64,000 bases of DNA from NCBI GenBank assembly GCA_965243495.1, contig CBDEUZ010000007.1, positions 30,817 through 94,816 of the forward strand. The letters run 5' to 3'. Positions 9,817 to 19,984 of this stretch are shown here, piece after piece; position 1 is the first letter of the stretch; each line of letters starts with the position of its first letter. The position numbers and the translations under genes are program-made. Origin of the DNA: Dehalococcoidia bacterium. GTDB taxonomy: Bacteria; Chloroflexota; Dehalococcoidia; UBA6926. The notes under the pieces are model-generated. The model did not search any database. It had not been told where the DNA came from and worked only from the letters and a program-made list of their open reading frames with translations.

Positions 9817-10878
9817 TTATCGGCCCCGTCCCGGCGTTCCGATGCCGCAGAGGTCTGCAATGAGCAACTCCAGCGCCGTGTCCTCGTTTAGTTGGCCTGT
9901 CTTGAGGGCGATGTCATAGTCCAGGATGGCGCGGTGCATCTCCCGCAGGCGTGGCATGGTGAAACTGCGGCTCTGATTCACCGTCTTGCGGATGGCGAAA
10001 TCGGAACGCGAGCCGATGGCATCCTGGAGTTCAGACTGCGAGACACGGCGCTCAGTCGCGTCTTTAGCGGCAAGGAGTCGCCTGACCTGCGTGCCAAGCA
10101 TCGCCATAATCTGCGGCACTGCCGCCCCTGAATCTTCTCTCAGTCTCTCGATGCGCTCCCGGGCACGGGGGTAGCGGCGCTCAATCACGTCGTCGACCAT
10201 CGCGAAGATGTTTTCCTCGCGGGTTGCGCCGGTCATAGCATTGACGTCCTCAACCGTGATCGGCCTGTCGGGACCCGCGTAGAGCAGGAGCTTGTCGATC
10301 TCGTTGGAAAGCGCCCAGAGGTTGCTGCCGTGCGCGTCGCCGAGGGCGCGCTGCGCGGCATTTTCGATCCGGCCTCCTCGTTCATGGACAGTTTGGCCAA
10401 TCCATCCGGTCAGGTCGTTGCCTCGCAGCGGCGCAAACACACGGACGTTGGCCACGGGCGCGAGGTGCCGGAGCAGCGGATTGGAGTCTGCGGCAGCTTC
10501 ATCTGACAGCACGAGGATGTTCGATTCCGGCAGGCCGGGGGCGATGTCCTTTAACTGGCCCCAGCCGCGGAACGAATCCGTCGATTGTGACTCGTTGTCT
10601 TCGAGCACAGCCTGCCGGGAACGCGAAGATCGCCTGCTCCCACCACCTCCCTGTGAACGGGAGAACATGGTCAGCAGTCCTTCAACGACCACCAAGCGGC
10701 CGTTGGCCAGGAACGGCACGGCGCCCGCCTGTGCGACAACCTCCGCCGGAGTTGTGTCGGCTGCGTTGAGGGTCACGGTGTTGAGAGACGCCATCTCCGG
10801 ATCGCCCAGCTGTTCCCGGAGCGCATCAATAGCGCGTTTACGAGAGTAGTCGTCCTCCCCGTAGTAGATCTCAAGCAC
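9817..10878 (-). CDS. holA: DNA polymerase III subunit delta
   Basis: YYGEDDY, PFLANGRLVVVE, LSNEIDKLLLY, NIFAMVD and DIALKTG pattern; GTG start at 10878. Confidence 0.88.
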   Translation of the reverse strand: MLEIYYGEDDYSRKRAIDALREQLGDPEMASLNTVTLNAADTTPAEVVAQAGAVPFLANGRLVVVEGLLTMFSRSQGGGGSRRSSRSRQAVLEDNESQSTDSFRGWGQLKDIAPGLPESNILVLSDEAAADSNPLLRHLAPVANVRVFAPLRGNDLTGWIGQTVHERGGRIENAAQRALGDAHGSNLWALSNEIDKLLLYAGPDRPITVEDVNAMTGATREENIFAMVDDVIERRYPRARERIERLREDSGAAVPQIMAMLGTQVRRLLAAKDATERRVSQSELQDAIGSRSDFAIRKTVNQSRSFTMPRLREMHRAILDYDIALKTGQLNEDTALELLIADLCGIGTPGRGR

Positions 10879-10941
10879 TGGCTTCCCCAGATTCCATATT
10901 GCCGCGCGGCGCGCGTCTCCGTACAATATGCCGCAATACCC

Positions 10942-13275
10942 ATGACATCATCGCCCGCGTCGCTGCAAGAGCGATACGACATCATTGCCGCCCTTCCCGG
11001 GACATCTCTTTATTCAGTCTATTCCGCCATCGAACGTGAAAGCGACGATGCGGTAGAAATCCGGGAGCCGCGCGTTCGCGCCCTTGAGAACACAGACACT
11101 CTTGGACCGTTTCGCTCGCTCATGGAGCAGCACCTGGATGTCCATCATGCGCATCTCGGCAGATTGCTGGAGATCCACCCTGATGGTGAGACATTCTGGA
11201 TGGTCTATGAGCCCGCCCGCGGCGAGCAGCTACGCGGATGGCTGACGCGAGGACTGCAGCTCGATGAGGCGCTCCAACTCATAGCTCAAGCGGCATCGGG
11301 ACTACAGGCGCTGCATGATGCAGGCCTCATTCACGGCGACGTTAATTCTCGGGACGTTTTCGTCACGCCCGTATCCGGCGCGCAACTACGGAACGCCGGG
11401 CTGTCCGAGTTGTCTATCAGTATGAGCGGCCTGCAGTCGTCGCTGCAGATTCCTCTGCCGTCATTCATGGCGCCGGAGATCCTGCGGGGCTCCGAGCCGG
11501 GGACAAAGTCGGACATATTCTCACTGGGAATGGTGCTGTATGAGACGCTAACAGGCCACCTGCCATTCACCGGCAACAATCGCGACACCGTGCGTGTTAA
11601 GCAGCAGGAGGGACGCATCGCCCCTGTCACCGCGCTGAACCCTGCGCTACCCGCCGCGCTCGACGACATTGTCGGCAAGGCGCTTGCGTGGGATCCGAAT
11701 GAACGCTTCGCGTCGGCGCAGGAGATGCGGGAAACGCTCCTGGAGTTCCGGAACAACCTCTCCATGCCGGAGGCGCAGATCGTAGTGCCCGAGGAGGCCG
11801 CGCGGCAGGAGATCCTGGACGACATCGCTCAATTCGAGCCATCACGCTTGAGCGTGGATGGCGACGGAACGGGAAAGTTCCGCGTTTGCAGTGAATGTCT
11901 GGCCATCAATCTTTCGAGCGTGACGCGCTGCGCCGTGTGCTGGCGGGATATTCGCGACGCCCCGATTCACAGTCGCGCTGATGCGGAAGAGTTCGCGCAG
12001 CGCACACAGCGACAGCGAACAACACGGAAATGGGTGCGCCGTGGGGCAATCGCTTTTGCCGTACTTGCCCTGCTCGTCCTGTTCATCTATGACCGCGGCG
12101 CTCCACCCGGCCTCTTAACCGGTCCCCCAACAACCACGCTGACGGCTCAAGTCGGCAACGGCCTTTGGACGACTCCGCGGGGCGGTGCCGCCAGTATAGG
12201 CAGCGCCAGCAATGTGGACGCGGTGCCGCAGGGAGTTGAGCGTTGGCGCATGGAATTCGGCGCAGAGATAACGTCGTCACCGACGGTCGACAATGGGCGT
12301 GTATTCGTCACCACTCTCGATTCTCGAATCCTCGCGTTTTCGACAGAAGACGGCTCGCTGCTCTGGGAACGACAGGGGCCCGGGCCGGTGGACACATCGC
12401 CCATCGTTGCGGACGATCGTCTTTACATCGCATTCAGGAATTCGAGGATGGCCGCGCTTGACGCTGACACCGGAGAAGTGATCTGGGAATCCGTTATCTC
12501 CAATCCTGCCTTTTCCTGGGTCAACGTCGCTGACGGCAGCGTTTACGTTTCCTGCCAGGACGGCCTGATCCAGGCGTTTGACGCGGGAACAGGCGTGAAG
12601 CGATGGGAGATAGATACAGGAGACGGCTTGTTTGCGCCTCCGTCCATCAGCGAGGGGCTGGTCATCATACCGACGCGGGGCAACCAGGTCCTCGTTCTCG
12701 TTGGTGAGACGGGGCAGACGCGGCTCAGCTACGTCGTTCCCGGCAACGTTGACGGAGCGGCTGCAATAAGCCACGGGACGGCTGCGCTTGGTGATTCACG
12801 CGGATTCGTTCGGGCGATCAATATCCGATCGCAGAATCTTCCACTTGAAAAGACAGTGCTTCGATTCTGGTCGCAGTTCTATATCTGGGGCCTCGCTCCC
12901 TTCCCGCCCGCGCAGAGTGGCACGGTGTGGACACGGAGCATTCGGGAAGAGGTATGGGCGGATGCAGCCATCTCCGGCAATCGCGCGTTCTTTGCAACTC
13001 GAGAGGGCAATGTCTACGCTTTCGCACTCGGCAGCGGCCAGGAACTGTGGAAGACGGCGCTGGACGACGAACCCACGTGGACCGGCTCCCCCACCGTTGT
13101 GAATGACACGCTGTACATCGGGGCGGAAAACGGGCGGCTCTATGCCCTTGATACCGTCTCAGGCGACCATTTGTGGAACATTGACCTCGGGGGTTCCGTG
13201 TCCTCGGCGCCGGCCTATGCGGACGGCGGCCTCTTTGTGCTGACCGACAACGGCACGCTCTACGCTTTCGAGTAG
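10942..13275 (+). CDS. Ser/Thr kinase-fold (probable pseudokinase) + double zinc ribbon + TM + PQQ-like beta-propeller protein
   Basis: FMAPE, SDIFSLG.VLYE.LTG kinase C-lobe; CSEC..RCAVC; hydrophobic AIAFAVLALLVLFIY; repeated A.D..TG...W propeller motifs. Confidence 0.85.
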   Translation: MTSSPASLQERYDIIAALPGTSLYSVYSAIERESDDAVEIREPRVRALENTDTLGPFRSLMEQHLDVHHAHLGRLLEIHPDGETFWMVYEPARGEQLRGWLTRGLQLDEALQLIAQAASGLQALHDAGLIHGDVNSRDVFVTPVSGAQLRNAGLSELSISMSGLQSSLQIPLPSFMAPEILRGSEPGTKSDIFSLGMVLYETLTGHLPFTGNNRDTVRVKQQEGRIAPVTALNPALPAALDDIVGKALAWDPNERFASAQEMRETLLEFRNNLSMPEAQIVVPEEAARQEILDDIAQFEPSRLSVDGDGTGKFRVCSECLAINLSSVTRCAVCWRDIRDAPIHSRADAEEFAQRTQRQRTTRKWVRRGAIAFAVLALLVLFIYDRGAPPGLLTGPPTTTLTAQVGNGLWTTPRGGAASIGSASNVDAVPQGVERWRMEFGAEITSSPTVDNGRVFVTTLDSRILAFSTEDGSLLWERQGPGPVDTSPIVADDRLYIAFRNSRMAALDADTGEVIWESVISNPAFSWVNVADGSVYVSCQDGLIQAFDAGTGVKRWEIDTGDGLFAPPSISEGLVIIPTRGNQVLVLVGETGQTRLSYVVPGNVDGAAAISHGTAALGDSRGFVRAINIRSQNLPLEKTVLRFWSQFYIWGLAPFPPAQSGTVWTRSIREEVWADAAISGNRAFFATREGNVYAFALGSGQELWKTALDDEPTWTGSPTVVNDTLYIGAENGRLYALDTVSGDHLWNIDLGGSVSSAPAYADGGLFVLTDNGTLYAFE

Positions 13276-13282
13276 CTCCGCA

Positions 13283-14383
13283 ATGGACGTTGGCATTATC
13301 GGGCTTCCCTCAAGCGGCAAGACCACCCTGCTCAACGCGCTCACCCATGCCCACGCGGAGACGGGCGCATTCAGCGCCGCCACACAGCCCAACCTTGGAG
13401 TCGTCCGCATTCCTGACCCACGGCTGGACCGTATCTCGAGGTTTGTCCAGCCGAAACGTGTCGTGCAGGCGGAGCTTTCGTTCATCGATATTCCGGGGCA
13501 ACCACCGGAGATGGGCAAGTCGCGCGGAATCCAAGGGCAATACCTGTTGGAGGTAAGTCAGGCCGACGCGCTGCTGCTTGTCGTTCGCGGCTTCCGCTCA
13601 CCGGCCCTGCCCGATCCCACACCGGACACCGACATCGAAACAATGCTCATGGAAATGGTGTTCGCAGACATGGCCATCGTCATGCGGCGGCTTGAGCGCA
13701 TCGAGGATTCTCTGAAAGGAGCGCGCGCCACAGAGCGGGAAGGCCTGCTGGCCGAGGCCGACCTGTTGCGTCGACTCCACGCCGCGCTCGAAAATAGCAA
13801 TGCTATCCGAAGCGTAGATATGACCCCTGAGGAAGCCCGCATGATTGCCGGTTTCACATTTCTGACGACTAAGCCGCTGATTATCGCTCTGAATATTGCG
13901 GAGGATGATCTGTCACGCAGCAATGAACTGTCGGATGATTGGAACGCAAAGCACGGCAGCGCAACGACTGGCTGCATCGCGCTTTCCGCTCGGCTCGAGG
14001 AGGAACTTTCCCAACTTGAGCCGGAGGAGGCTGCGGCTTTCAGAGAGGAAATGGGCGCGCCTGCAGATGCCATCGGTGAGCTGTCAAGGTTGGCCCAGAA
14101 CGTGGCGGGCCTGATCACGTTTTATACTGTCGGGCCGAACGAGACACGCGCATGGCAGCTTGAGACGGACACCCCTGCCCCCCAAGCAGCGGGCAGGAAG
14201 ATCCACACGGACATGGAGCGCGGCTTCATCCGCGCCGAGGTCACAGGTTATGACGACTTCATCGCAGTGGAGGGCAAATTTGCTGAGGCGCGCCGGCGTG
14301 GCACGCTCCGGCAGGAGGGGAAGACCTACCTCATCCAGGACGGAGACGTGGTGACGTTCCTGTTCAACGTGTCCGGGCGCTAG
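13283..14383 (+). CDS. ychF: Obg-family ATPase YchF
   Basis: GIIGLPSSGKTTL, FIDIPG, IHTDMERGFIRAEV, EGKTYLIQDGDV motifs. Confidence 0.92.
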   Translation: MDVGIIGLPSSGKTTLLNALTHAHAETGAFSAATQPNLGVVRIPDPRLDRISRFVQPKRVVQAELSFIDIPGQPPEMGKSRGIQGQYLLEVSQADALLLVVRGFRSPALPDPTPDTDIETMLMEMVFADMAIVMRRLERIEDSLKGARATEREGLLAEADLLRRLHAALENSNAIRSVDMTPEEARMIAGFTFLTTKPLIIALNIAEDDLSRSNELSDDWNAKHGSATTGCIALSARLEEELSQLEPEEAAAFREEMGAPADAIGELSRLAQNVAGLITFYTVGPNETRAWQLETDTPAPQAAGRKIHTDMERGFIRAEVTGYDDFIAVEGKFAEARRRGTLRQEGKTYLIQDGDVVTFLFNVSGR

Positions 14384-14390
14384 AGGGCAG

Positions 14391-16721
14391 CTATCCCTGC
14401 GCGTCCTGGATGGCGCGCCATACCCGTTCCGGCGTTAGAGGCATCTCAATGTGACTGACGCCAAGGGGCGAAAGCGCGTCAACGACGGCGTTCACAACAG
14501 CGGACGGGGCGCCCGTCGTGGGGCCCTCCCCCATTCCCTTCACTCCCAGCGAGTTCAGTGGAGACGGCGTCTCCGAGAACGCCACGACAAATTCGGGGGT
14601 CATCTCCGCCGTCGGTATCGCGTAGTCCATCAATGAGGCGTTCAGAAGCTGACCGGCCTGATCGTATTCGGAAATCTCGTACAGCGCCTGGCCAATTCCT
14701 TGTGTCGCGCCGCCATGCACCTGCCCCACCACAGTCATTGGATTCACGATGACGCCCTGATCATCAACGGTGTAGAGGCGCTGGAGGTCAACATCGCCGG
14801 TCTCCGTGTCCACATCGACGACGGCGATATACGTTCCAAAGTTGTAGGTCAGGCCGCTGGGTTGGTAGAAGGAGTCCTCATCCAGACCGAATTCCATGTC
14901 TGCCGGGCGCGCGAGCACCTGGAAAGACGCATCCGCCACTTCGGCGAACGAGAATCGGCGCTCCTTGTTCATGGTGCAGATGAATTCCCCGCCCTCCAGC
15001 GACATATGATCGGGTTGGCAACCCATCATGTGGGCGGAGAGTTTCAGCATCTTGTCGCGCACCTTTTCGGCGGCAATCTTGGCGGACATGCCGCCTGTCA
15101 CAAGCGCGCGGCTGCCGTATGTTCCGACACCGTGCGCGACGGTCGCCGTATCGCCATGCAGAACGGTAACGTCATCATCAGAAATGCCGAAAACGTCGGC
15201 GACGATCTGGGCGAAGACAGTCTCGCCGCCCTGCCCGTGCGGGGATGAGCCGGTAAACAGAGTCACCTTGCCACCACGGTTAACGCGTACCCTGCCCCAT
15301 TCGTAGCGGCTGCTGCTGGGATCAAGCGGGCTGGGGCCGGAGCCACCAGTCTTGACCCACGAGGCGACGCCGATTCCCATGTGCCGGCCCTCGGCACGCG
15401 CCTGTCGCTGTTGTTCGCGCAACTGCTGATAGCCGCTGAGTTCCATGACCTGGTCAAGGGAGGCTTCATAATTTCCACTATCAAAGACATCCCCGCCCCC
15501 TGAGCGCATCGGCTGGTCAAACGGCGGGAGATAGTTGCGACGGCGAATCTCGGTGGGATCAAGGCCGAGTTCACTGGCAAGGCGATCCAGTCCGCGTTCA
15601 ATGAGGTGGATGCCCTCCGGCCTGCCCGCGCCGCGGTACGGACCCTGTGGAGTCTTATTCGTGTAGGCATTCTCAGCCTCGAATTCGACGTTTGGAATGT
15701 CGTACACGCCGGTCGAAATCATCGCCGATGAGGCAGAATGTGTCGGTTCCGGTCCCTTGGCGTATGCGCCCAGATCGTGCAGATGCCGTACCCGGAGGCC
15801 GGTTAGCTTGCCATCCGCGTCCGCGGAAACTTCCAGATAGGACGTCTTGCCGCGCGCCTGGTGCATCGCCAGGAAATCCTCAGTGCGCGTGGCAACCCAC
15901 TTAACGGGCACACCAAGATGCATCGACGCAATGCAGAGGAGTGGATATTCGGGATCCTCGTGCTTCACTCCGAAACCGCCGCCAACATCCGGCGCAACCA
16001 CGCGGACGCTGTCCGATGACAGGTGCAGAATCTCGGCGAGATGGTCACGCAGCGCGTGCGGCGTCTGTACCGTCGCCCACAGGCTCATCGTTTCCTGCAC
16101 GGGATCCCAGTGTGCGAGGCCGGCGCGGGGTTCCATCGGCACGCCATGGATCTTCTGGTTCACGATTCGTTCCCGGACGATGACCGCGGCCTCCTCGAAG
16201 GCCTGGGAGACGTTCCCGAGCTGATAGCGCCAGTGGACGATTCCGTTCGGTCGGTCCTCATGGACGCGAGGCGAATCATCTCTTAGCGCCCTCTCAATAT
16301 CTACGACCGCTTCAAGAGGCTCGTAGTCGACAAAGATAAGATCTGCCGCGTCCCGCGCGCCATAACGGGTATCCGCAACGACTACGGCTACAACTTCTCC
16401 AACATGTCGCGCCTTATCGACTGCAATCAGGTCATACGGAGCGGATTCCGCGCTGTAGAACTTCAGTGAGATGGTCGGATTGGTGCCGAATCGCGGGTGA
16501 ATATCTTTTCCCGTCAGTACTGCGGTGACGCCGGGCGTCTGCAGGGCTGCCGATGTGTCGATGCTGCGGATGCGCGCATGCGCGTGCGGGCTGCGGACAA
16601 GGCTTACCCACTGGGTGCCGGGAACCTTGATGTCCTCAACAAATGCGCCACGGCCACGCAGCAGCTTGTCGTCTTCGCGGCGGGCAACCGACTGACCAAC
16701 GAGTTTAGTATCCGTGGCCAT
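14391..16721 (-). CDS. Xanthine-oxidase-family molybdopterin large subunit (CoxL form II-like), copy 2
   Basis: RREDDKLLRGRG, GGGFGVK, PYRGAGRPE, GVKGMGEG; probable start MATDTK at 16721. Confidence 0.92.
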   Translation of the reverse strand: MATDTKLVGQSVARREDDKLLRGRGAFVEDIKVPGTQWVSLVRSPHAHARIRSIDTSAALQTPGVTAVLTGKDIHPRFGTNPTISLKFYSAESAPYDLIAVDKARHVGEVVAVVVADTRYGARDAADLIFVDYEPLEAVVDIERALRDDSPRVHEDRPNGIVHWRYQLGNVSQAFEEAAVIVRERIVNQKIHGVPMEPRAGLAHWDPVQETMSLWATVQTPHALRDHLAEILHLSSDSVRVVAPDVGGGFGVKHEDPEYPLLCIASMHLGVPVKWVATRTEDFLAMHQARGKTSYLEVSADADGKLTGLRVRHLHDLGAYAKGPEPTHSASSAMISTGVYDIPNVEFEAENAYTNKTPQGPYRGAGRPEGIHLIERGLDRLASELGLDPTEIRRRNYLPPFDQPMRSGGGDVFDSGNYEASLDQVMELSGYQQLREQQRQARAEGRHMGIGVASWVKTGGSGPSPLDPSSSRYEWGRVRVNRGGKVTLFTGSSPHGQGGETVFAQIVADVFGISDDDVTVLHGDTATVAHGVGTYGSRALVTGGMSAKIAAEKVRDKMLKLSAHMMGCQPDHMSLEGGEFICTMNKERRFSFAEVADASFQVLARPADMEFGLDEDSFYQPSGLTYNFGTYIAVVDVDTETGDVDLQRLYTVDDQGVIVNPMTVVGQVHGGATQGIGQALYEISEYDQAGQLLNASLMDYAIPTAEMTPEFVVAFSETPSPLNSLGVKGMGEGPTTGAPSAVVNAVVDALSPLGVSHIEMPLTPERVWRAIQDAQG

Positions 16722-16741
16722 GGCTCCGTCCTTTCTCGCGA

Positions 16742-17614
16742 CTATTCCCGGGCGCGCTCCACCGCCTGCGTCAGCGCGCGCCGAGTCAGCACGCGGCACA
16801 GGTTCTGCCGGTACTCCGGCGAGCCGTGCAGGTCTGCAATGCACTCAAGGCCGTCCGCCGCCAGGGCAGACGCTGCTGCGATGGCCTCCGGTGTCGGCAC
16901 CTGTCCTCTCAGCGTGTCTTCGACGGCCGTTGCGCGGGCTGCGCGTGACGCAGCCCCGGTGATGCCGACGGCAACGCGGGACAGATAGCCGCTATCATCC
17001 AGTACAACGTGAGCAGCCACGCCGACGATGGCAAAGTGGGACGCCTTGTTTGCGAATTTGATATACGCCGCGCCAGTGCGTCCTTCCGTGATGGGGATGA
17101 CGATCTCCGTGATGATTTCGTCCTCGGCCAGCGTGCTGATGAACGCGTCCATGATGAGTTCATCAACGGATACGACGCGCACGCCGTTCGGCCCTGCAAC
17201 CTCCGCCTGTGCATCTAGGGCAAGGAGCGTTGCGGGGTAGTCCGCGACGGGGTCGGCGTGGGCGATGCTGCCGCCGATTGTGCCCAGGTTCCGCACTTGA
17301 ACGTCCGCAATCTCCGCAGCCGTTTCAGCAAGCACCGGAAGCGTATCCTGCACCACGTCGGATCCTGCGACGTGGGCGTGGCTCGTCATCGAGCCGATTC
17401 GCAGATTGTTGCCGTCGTTGCTGATATGAGACAACTCGCCGCGCGTCTTGCGCAGATCAACAATGAGGCCGGGCATGGCGACGCGGAGTTTCATCATCGG
17501 CAGGAGACTCTGACCACCCGCGATAACCTTGCCTTCGCCGGGGCGCTCTCTCAACAGGAGGACGGCGGCCGCGACGGTATCTGGCGCTGCATAGTCGAAT
17601 GCTCCGGGAATCAT
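16742..17614 (-). CDS. Mo-hydroxylase FAD-binding medium subunit (CoxM-like)
   Basis: MIPGAFDY, IAGGQSLLPMMKLR, QVRNLGTIGGSIAHADP, GSPEYR. Confidence 0.93.
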   Translation of the reverse strand: MIPGAFDYAAPDTVAAAVLLLRERPGEGKVIAGGQSLLPMMKLRVAMPGLIVDLRKTRGELSHISNDGNNLRIGSMTSHAHVAGSDVVQDTLPVLAETAAEIADVQVRNLGTIGGSIAHADPVADYPATLLALDAQAEVAGPNGVRVVSVDELIMDAFISTLAEDEIITEIVIPITEGRTGAAYIKFANKASHFAIVGVAAHVVLDDSGYLSRVAVGITGAASRAARATAVEDTLRGQVPTPEAIAAASALAADGLECIADLHGSPEYRQNLCRVLTRRALTQAVERARE

Positions 17615-19974
17615 GACTGGTCTCCATTCTGCGCGTCCTGGATGGCGCGCCACACCCGTTCCGGTGTTAGCGGCATCGCGATGTCACGAACGTTGAACGG
17701 CGCGAGCGCGTCAACAACTGCGTTGACCACGGCGGGGGGCGCGCCTGTTGTAGGGCCCTCTCCCATACCCTTCACGCCCAGCGGGTTAGTTGGCGACGGG
17801 GTCTCGATGAATTCAGAGATGAACTCCGGCATCATCTCCGCCGTCGGCAGTGCGTAGTCCATCAGGGACCCGCTAAGCAGCTGGCCGTTCTCGTCGTAGA
17901 TGATGTCCTCATAAAGCGCCTGACCGATTCCCTGCGCTGCGCCGCCGTGAACCTGCCCTTCCACGATGACCGGATGGACGACGACGCCCTGATCATCCAC
18001 GCAGAACAGCTGCTGCAGATCAACGTCGCCCGTTTCCGGGTCTACCTCCACGACGGCCACATACGTGCCGTAGTTGAAGGTGAGATGGGTCGGTTGGTAG
18101 AACGATGACTCGTCCAGCCCCATTTCCATGCCGGGGGGACGTTCCAATACCCGGTTGATGTTGGCGGCAACTTCACGGAAGGTGATGGACGACCCGTTGG
18201 CGCTGAACACGCCGTTCGTGTACGTCACACTGTCCGCATCTGCGCTCAGCGCATGGGCGGCGAATTGCGTCATTTTCTCGAGAATCTTCTGAGAGGCCTG
18301 GAGCACCGCCATTCCGCCCACCACCATGTTGCGGCTGGCGAACGTGCCCGAGCCGTAGGTCACTGTCGCCGTATCACCGTGCGTCACGGAGATATCGTCG
18401 ATCGGGACGTGGAGTGTATCCGCCGCCACCTGGGCGTAAGTGGTGTAGTTGCCCTGCCCGTGTGGCGAGGAGCCGGTGTAGATTGTGACCGCGCCTGCGG
18501 GAGACACTTTCACGCGCGCCCACTCAGGCATGGACGAGGATGGGTCAAGAGAGGACGGGCCAAAACCGCCGGTCTTGACCCACGACGCAAGTCCGATCCC
18601 CAAATATTTCCCGTCTGAACGCATTTCGCGCTGACGCGCCCGCAAACCCTCGTAGTCGCTGACTTCGAGCGCGCGCTCCAGCGCTTCGGGGTAGTGGCCG
18701 CTGTCGTAAATGTCCCCACCGGGGGTGCGGTAGTACGGGAACTCCTCCGGCTGGATCATGTTCCGCCTGCGGATCTCGGCAGGGTCGATGTCAAGATCAC
18801 GCGCCAGCATGTCCATGGCGCGTTCGATCAGGTAGATGCCCTCAGGTCGACCGTACCCACGGTACGCGCCCTCCGGCGTGTGGTTGGTATAGACGGAGTG
18901 GACCTCAAACGAGGCCTCCCGGATACCGTAGACGCCAGTGGCGATGATGGCAGATGTTTGCGCGACGATTGGGGTTGCGCCCTTGGGGAACGCGCCCAGG
19001 TCCGTGGTGTGGCGAAGGCGCAACGCCTTGACACGACCATCACGGTCAGCCGCTACTTCGAACTCGGATGTCTTGCCGCGCGCATGGCTGAGGGAAAGGA
19101 ATTCCTCCGTACGCGAGGCGGCCCACTTGACCGGCAGCCCGAGTTCCATCGAGGCGATGGCAAGGAGGAAGTACTCCACCTCCCCGCCGTGCTTCGCGCC
19201 GAATCCGCCGCCGACATCCGGTGCGACGGAGCGAATCTGATCAGGAGACAGCCCCAGCACCTCCGCCATCTGCGTTCGCAGCTCATGCGCGCCCTGGATA
19301 GACGCCCAGATGGTGAGGAACTGTGTGGCAGGATCCCAGTGGGCGATGCCGGCGCGGGGCTCCATAGGGACGGCGTGAATGCGCTGGTTTACAAAGTCAT
19401 GCCGCAGGATAATCTCCGAGTCCTCAAAGGTGCTGGACACGTTCTCCGTGCTCTTGAGCCAGCGAACCTGCTCATTAGAGCGGTCATCATGCACTTGCGG
19501 CGCATCGGGTTCCATCGCCTGCTCCGGTGTGTTGGCCACCGGCAGCGGCCGGTAGTCGACCATGAGTAGATCAGCAGCATCTCGAGCCGCCTCTCGCGTT
19601 TCCGCAACCACGATGGCGACGATTTCCCCCGCATACTTGGCCTTGCTCCTGGCGATGAGCGTGAACGCGGGCGCGCCGGCCGTGCTGTCAGGGTTCTCCG
19701 CGTCTCGCACAGCGAGAACCGGCGGAATGGGGTTATAGCGGGGGTGGACATCCTCTCCGGTGATAACGCGCAGCACGCCAGGATGAGCCATCGTGGCTGA
19801 GGAGTCGATGCTAAGAATGTGGGCGTGGGCATGCGGGCTGCGGACAAAGTGCGCCCAAACAGTCCCGGGTATGTTGATGTCGTCGGAGAACGCTCCCTGC
19901 CCGCGCAGAAGGCGATCATCCTCCTTGCGCCGTGGCGACTGACCGACCTGGCGAGGCGGGCTGCTTGTGGTCAT
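17611..19974 (-). CDS. Xanthine-oxidase-family molybdopterin large subunit (CoxL form II-like), copy 1
   Basis: RKEDDRLLRGQG, GGGFGAK, AYRGYGRPE, GVKGMGEG; stop overlaps the coxM ATG (ATGA). Confidence 0.92.
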   Translation of the reverse strand: MTTSSPPRQVGQSPRRKEDDRLLRGQGAFSDDINIPGTVWAHFVRSPHAHAHILSIDSSATMAHPGVLRVITGEDVHPRYNPIPPVLAVRDAENPDSTAGAPAFTLIARSKAKYAGEIVAIVVAETREAARDAADLLMVDYRPLPVANTPEQAMEPDAPQVHDDRSNEQVRWLKSTENVSSTFEDSEIILRHDFVNQRIHAVPMEPRAGIAHWDPATQFLTIWASIQGAHELRTQMAEVLGLSPDQIRSVAPDVGGGFGAKHGGEVEYFLLAIASMELGLPVKWAASRTEEFLSLSHARGKTSEFEVAADRDGRVKALRLRHTTDLGAFPKGATPIVAQTSAIIATGVYGIREASFEVHSVYTNHTPEGAYRGYGRPEGIYLIERAMDMLARDLDIDPAEIRRRNMIQPEEFPYYRTPGGDIYDSGHYPEALERALEVSDYEGLRARQREMRSDGKYLGIGLASWVKTGGFGPSSLDPSSSMPEWARVKVSPAGAVTIYTGSSPHGQGNYTTYAQVAADTLHVPIDDISVTHGDTATVTYGSGTFASRNMVVGGMAVLQASQKILEKMTQFAAHALSADADSVTYTNGVFSANGSSITFREVAANINRVLERPPGMEMGLDESSFYQPTHLTFNYGTYVAVVEVDPETGDVDLQQLFCVDDQGVVVHPVIVEGQVHGGAAQGIGQALYEDIIYDENGQLLSGSLMDYALPTAEMMPEFISEFIETPSPTNPLGVKGMGEGPTTGAPPAVVNAVVDALAPFNVRDIAMPLTPERVWRAIQDAQNGDQS

Positions 19975-19984
19975 GGCACTCACC

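Noticed and set aside
14399-14445. Direct repeat with about 17633-17680 as a mobile-element boundary
   Set aside because: Both copies encode the conserved C-terminus MPLTPERVWRAIQDA of the paralogous L subunits.
14391-19974. Bona fide aerobic CO dehydrogenase (form I)
   Set aside because: Neither large subunit has AYxCSFR; the motifs are AYRGYGR and PYRGAGR, and no coxDEF genes are adjacent.
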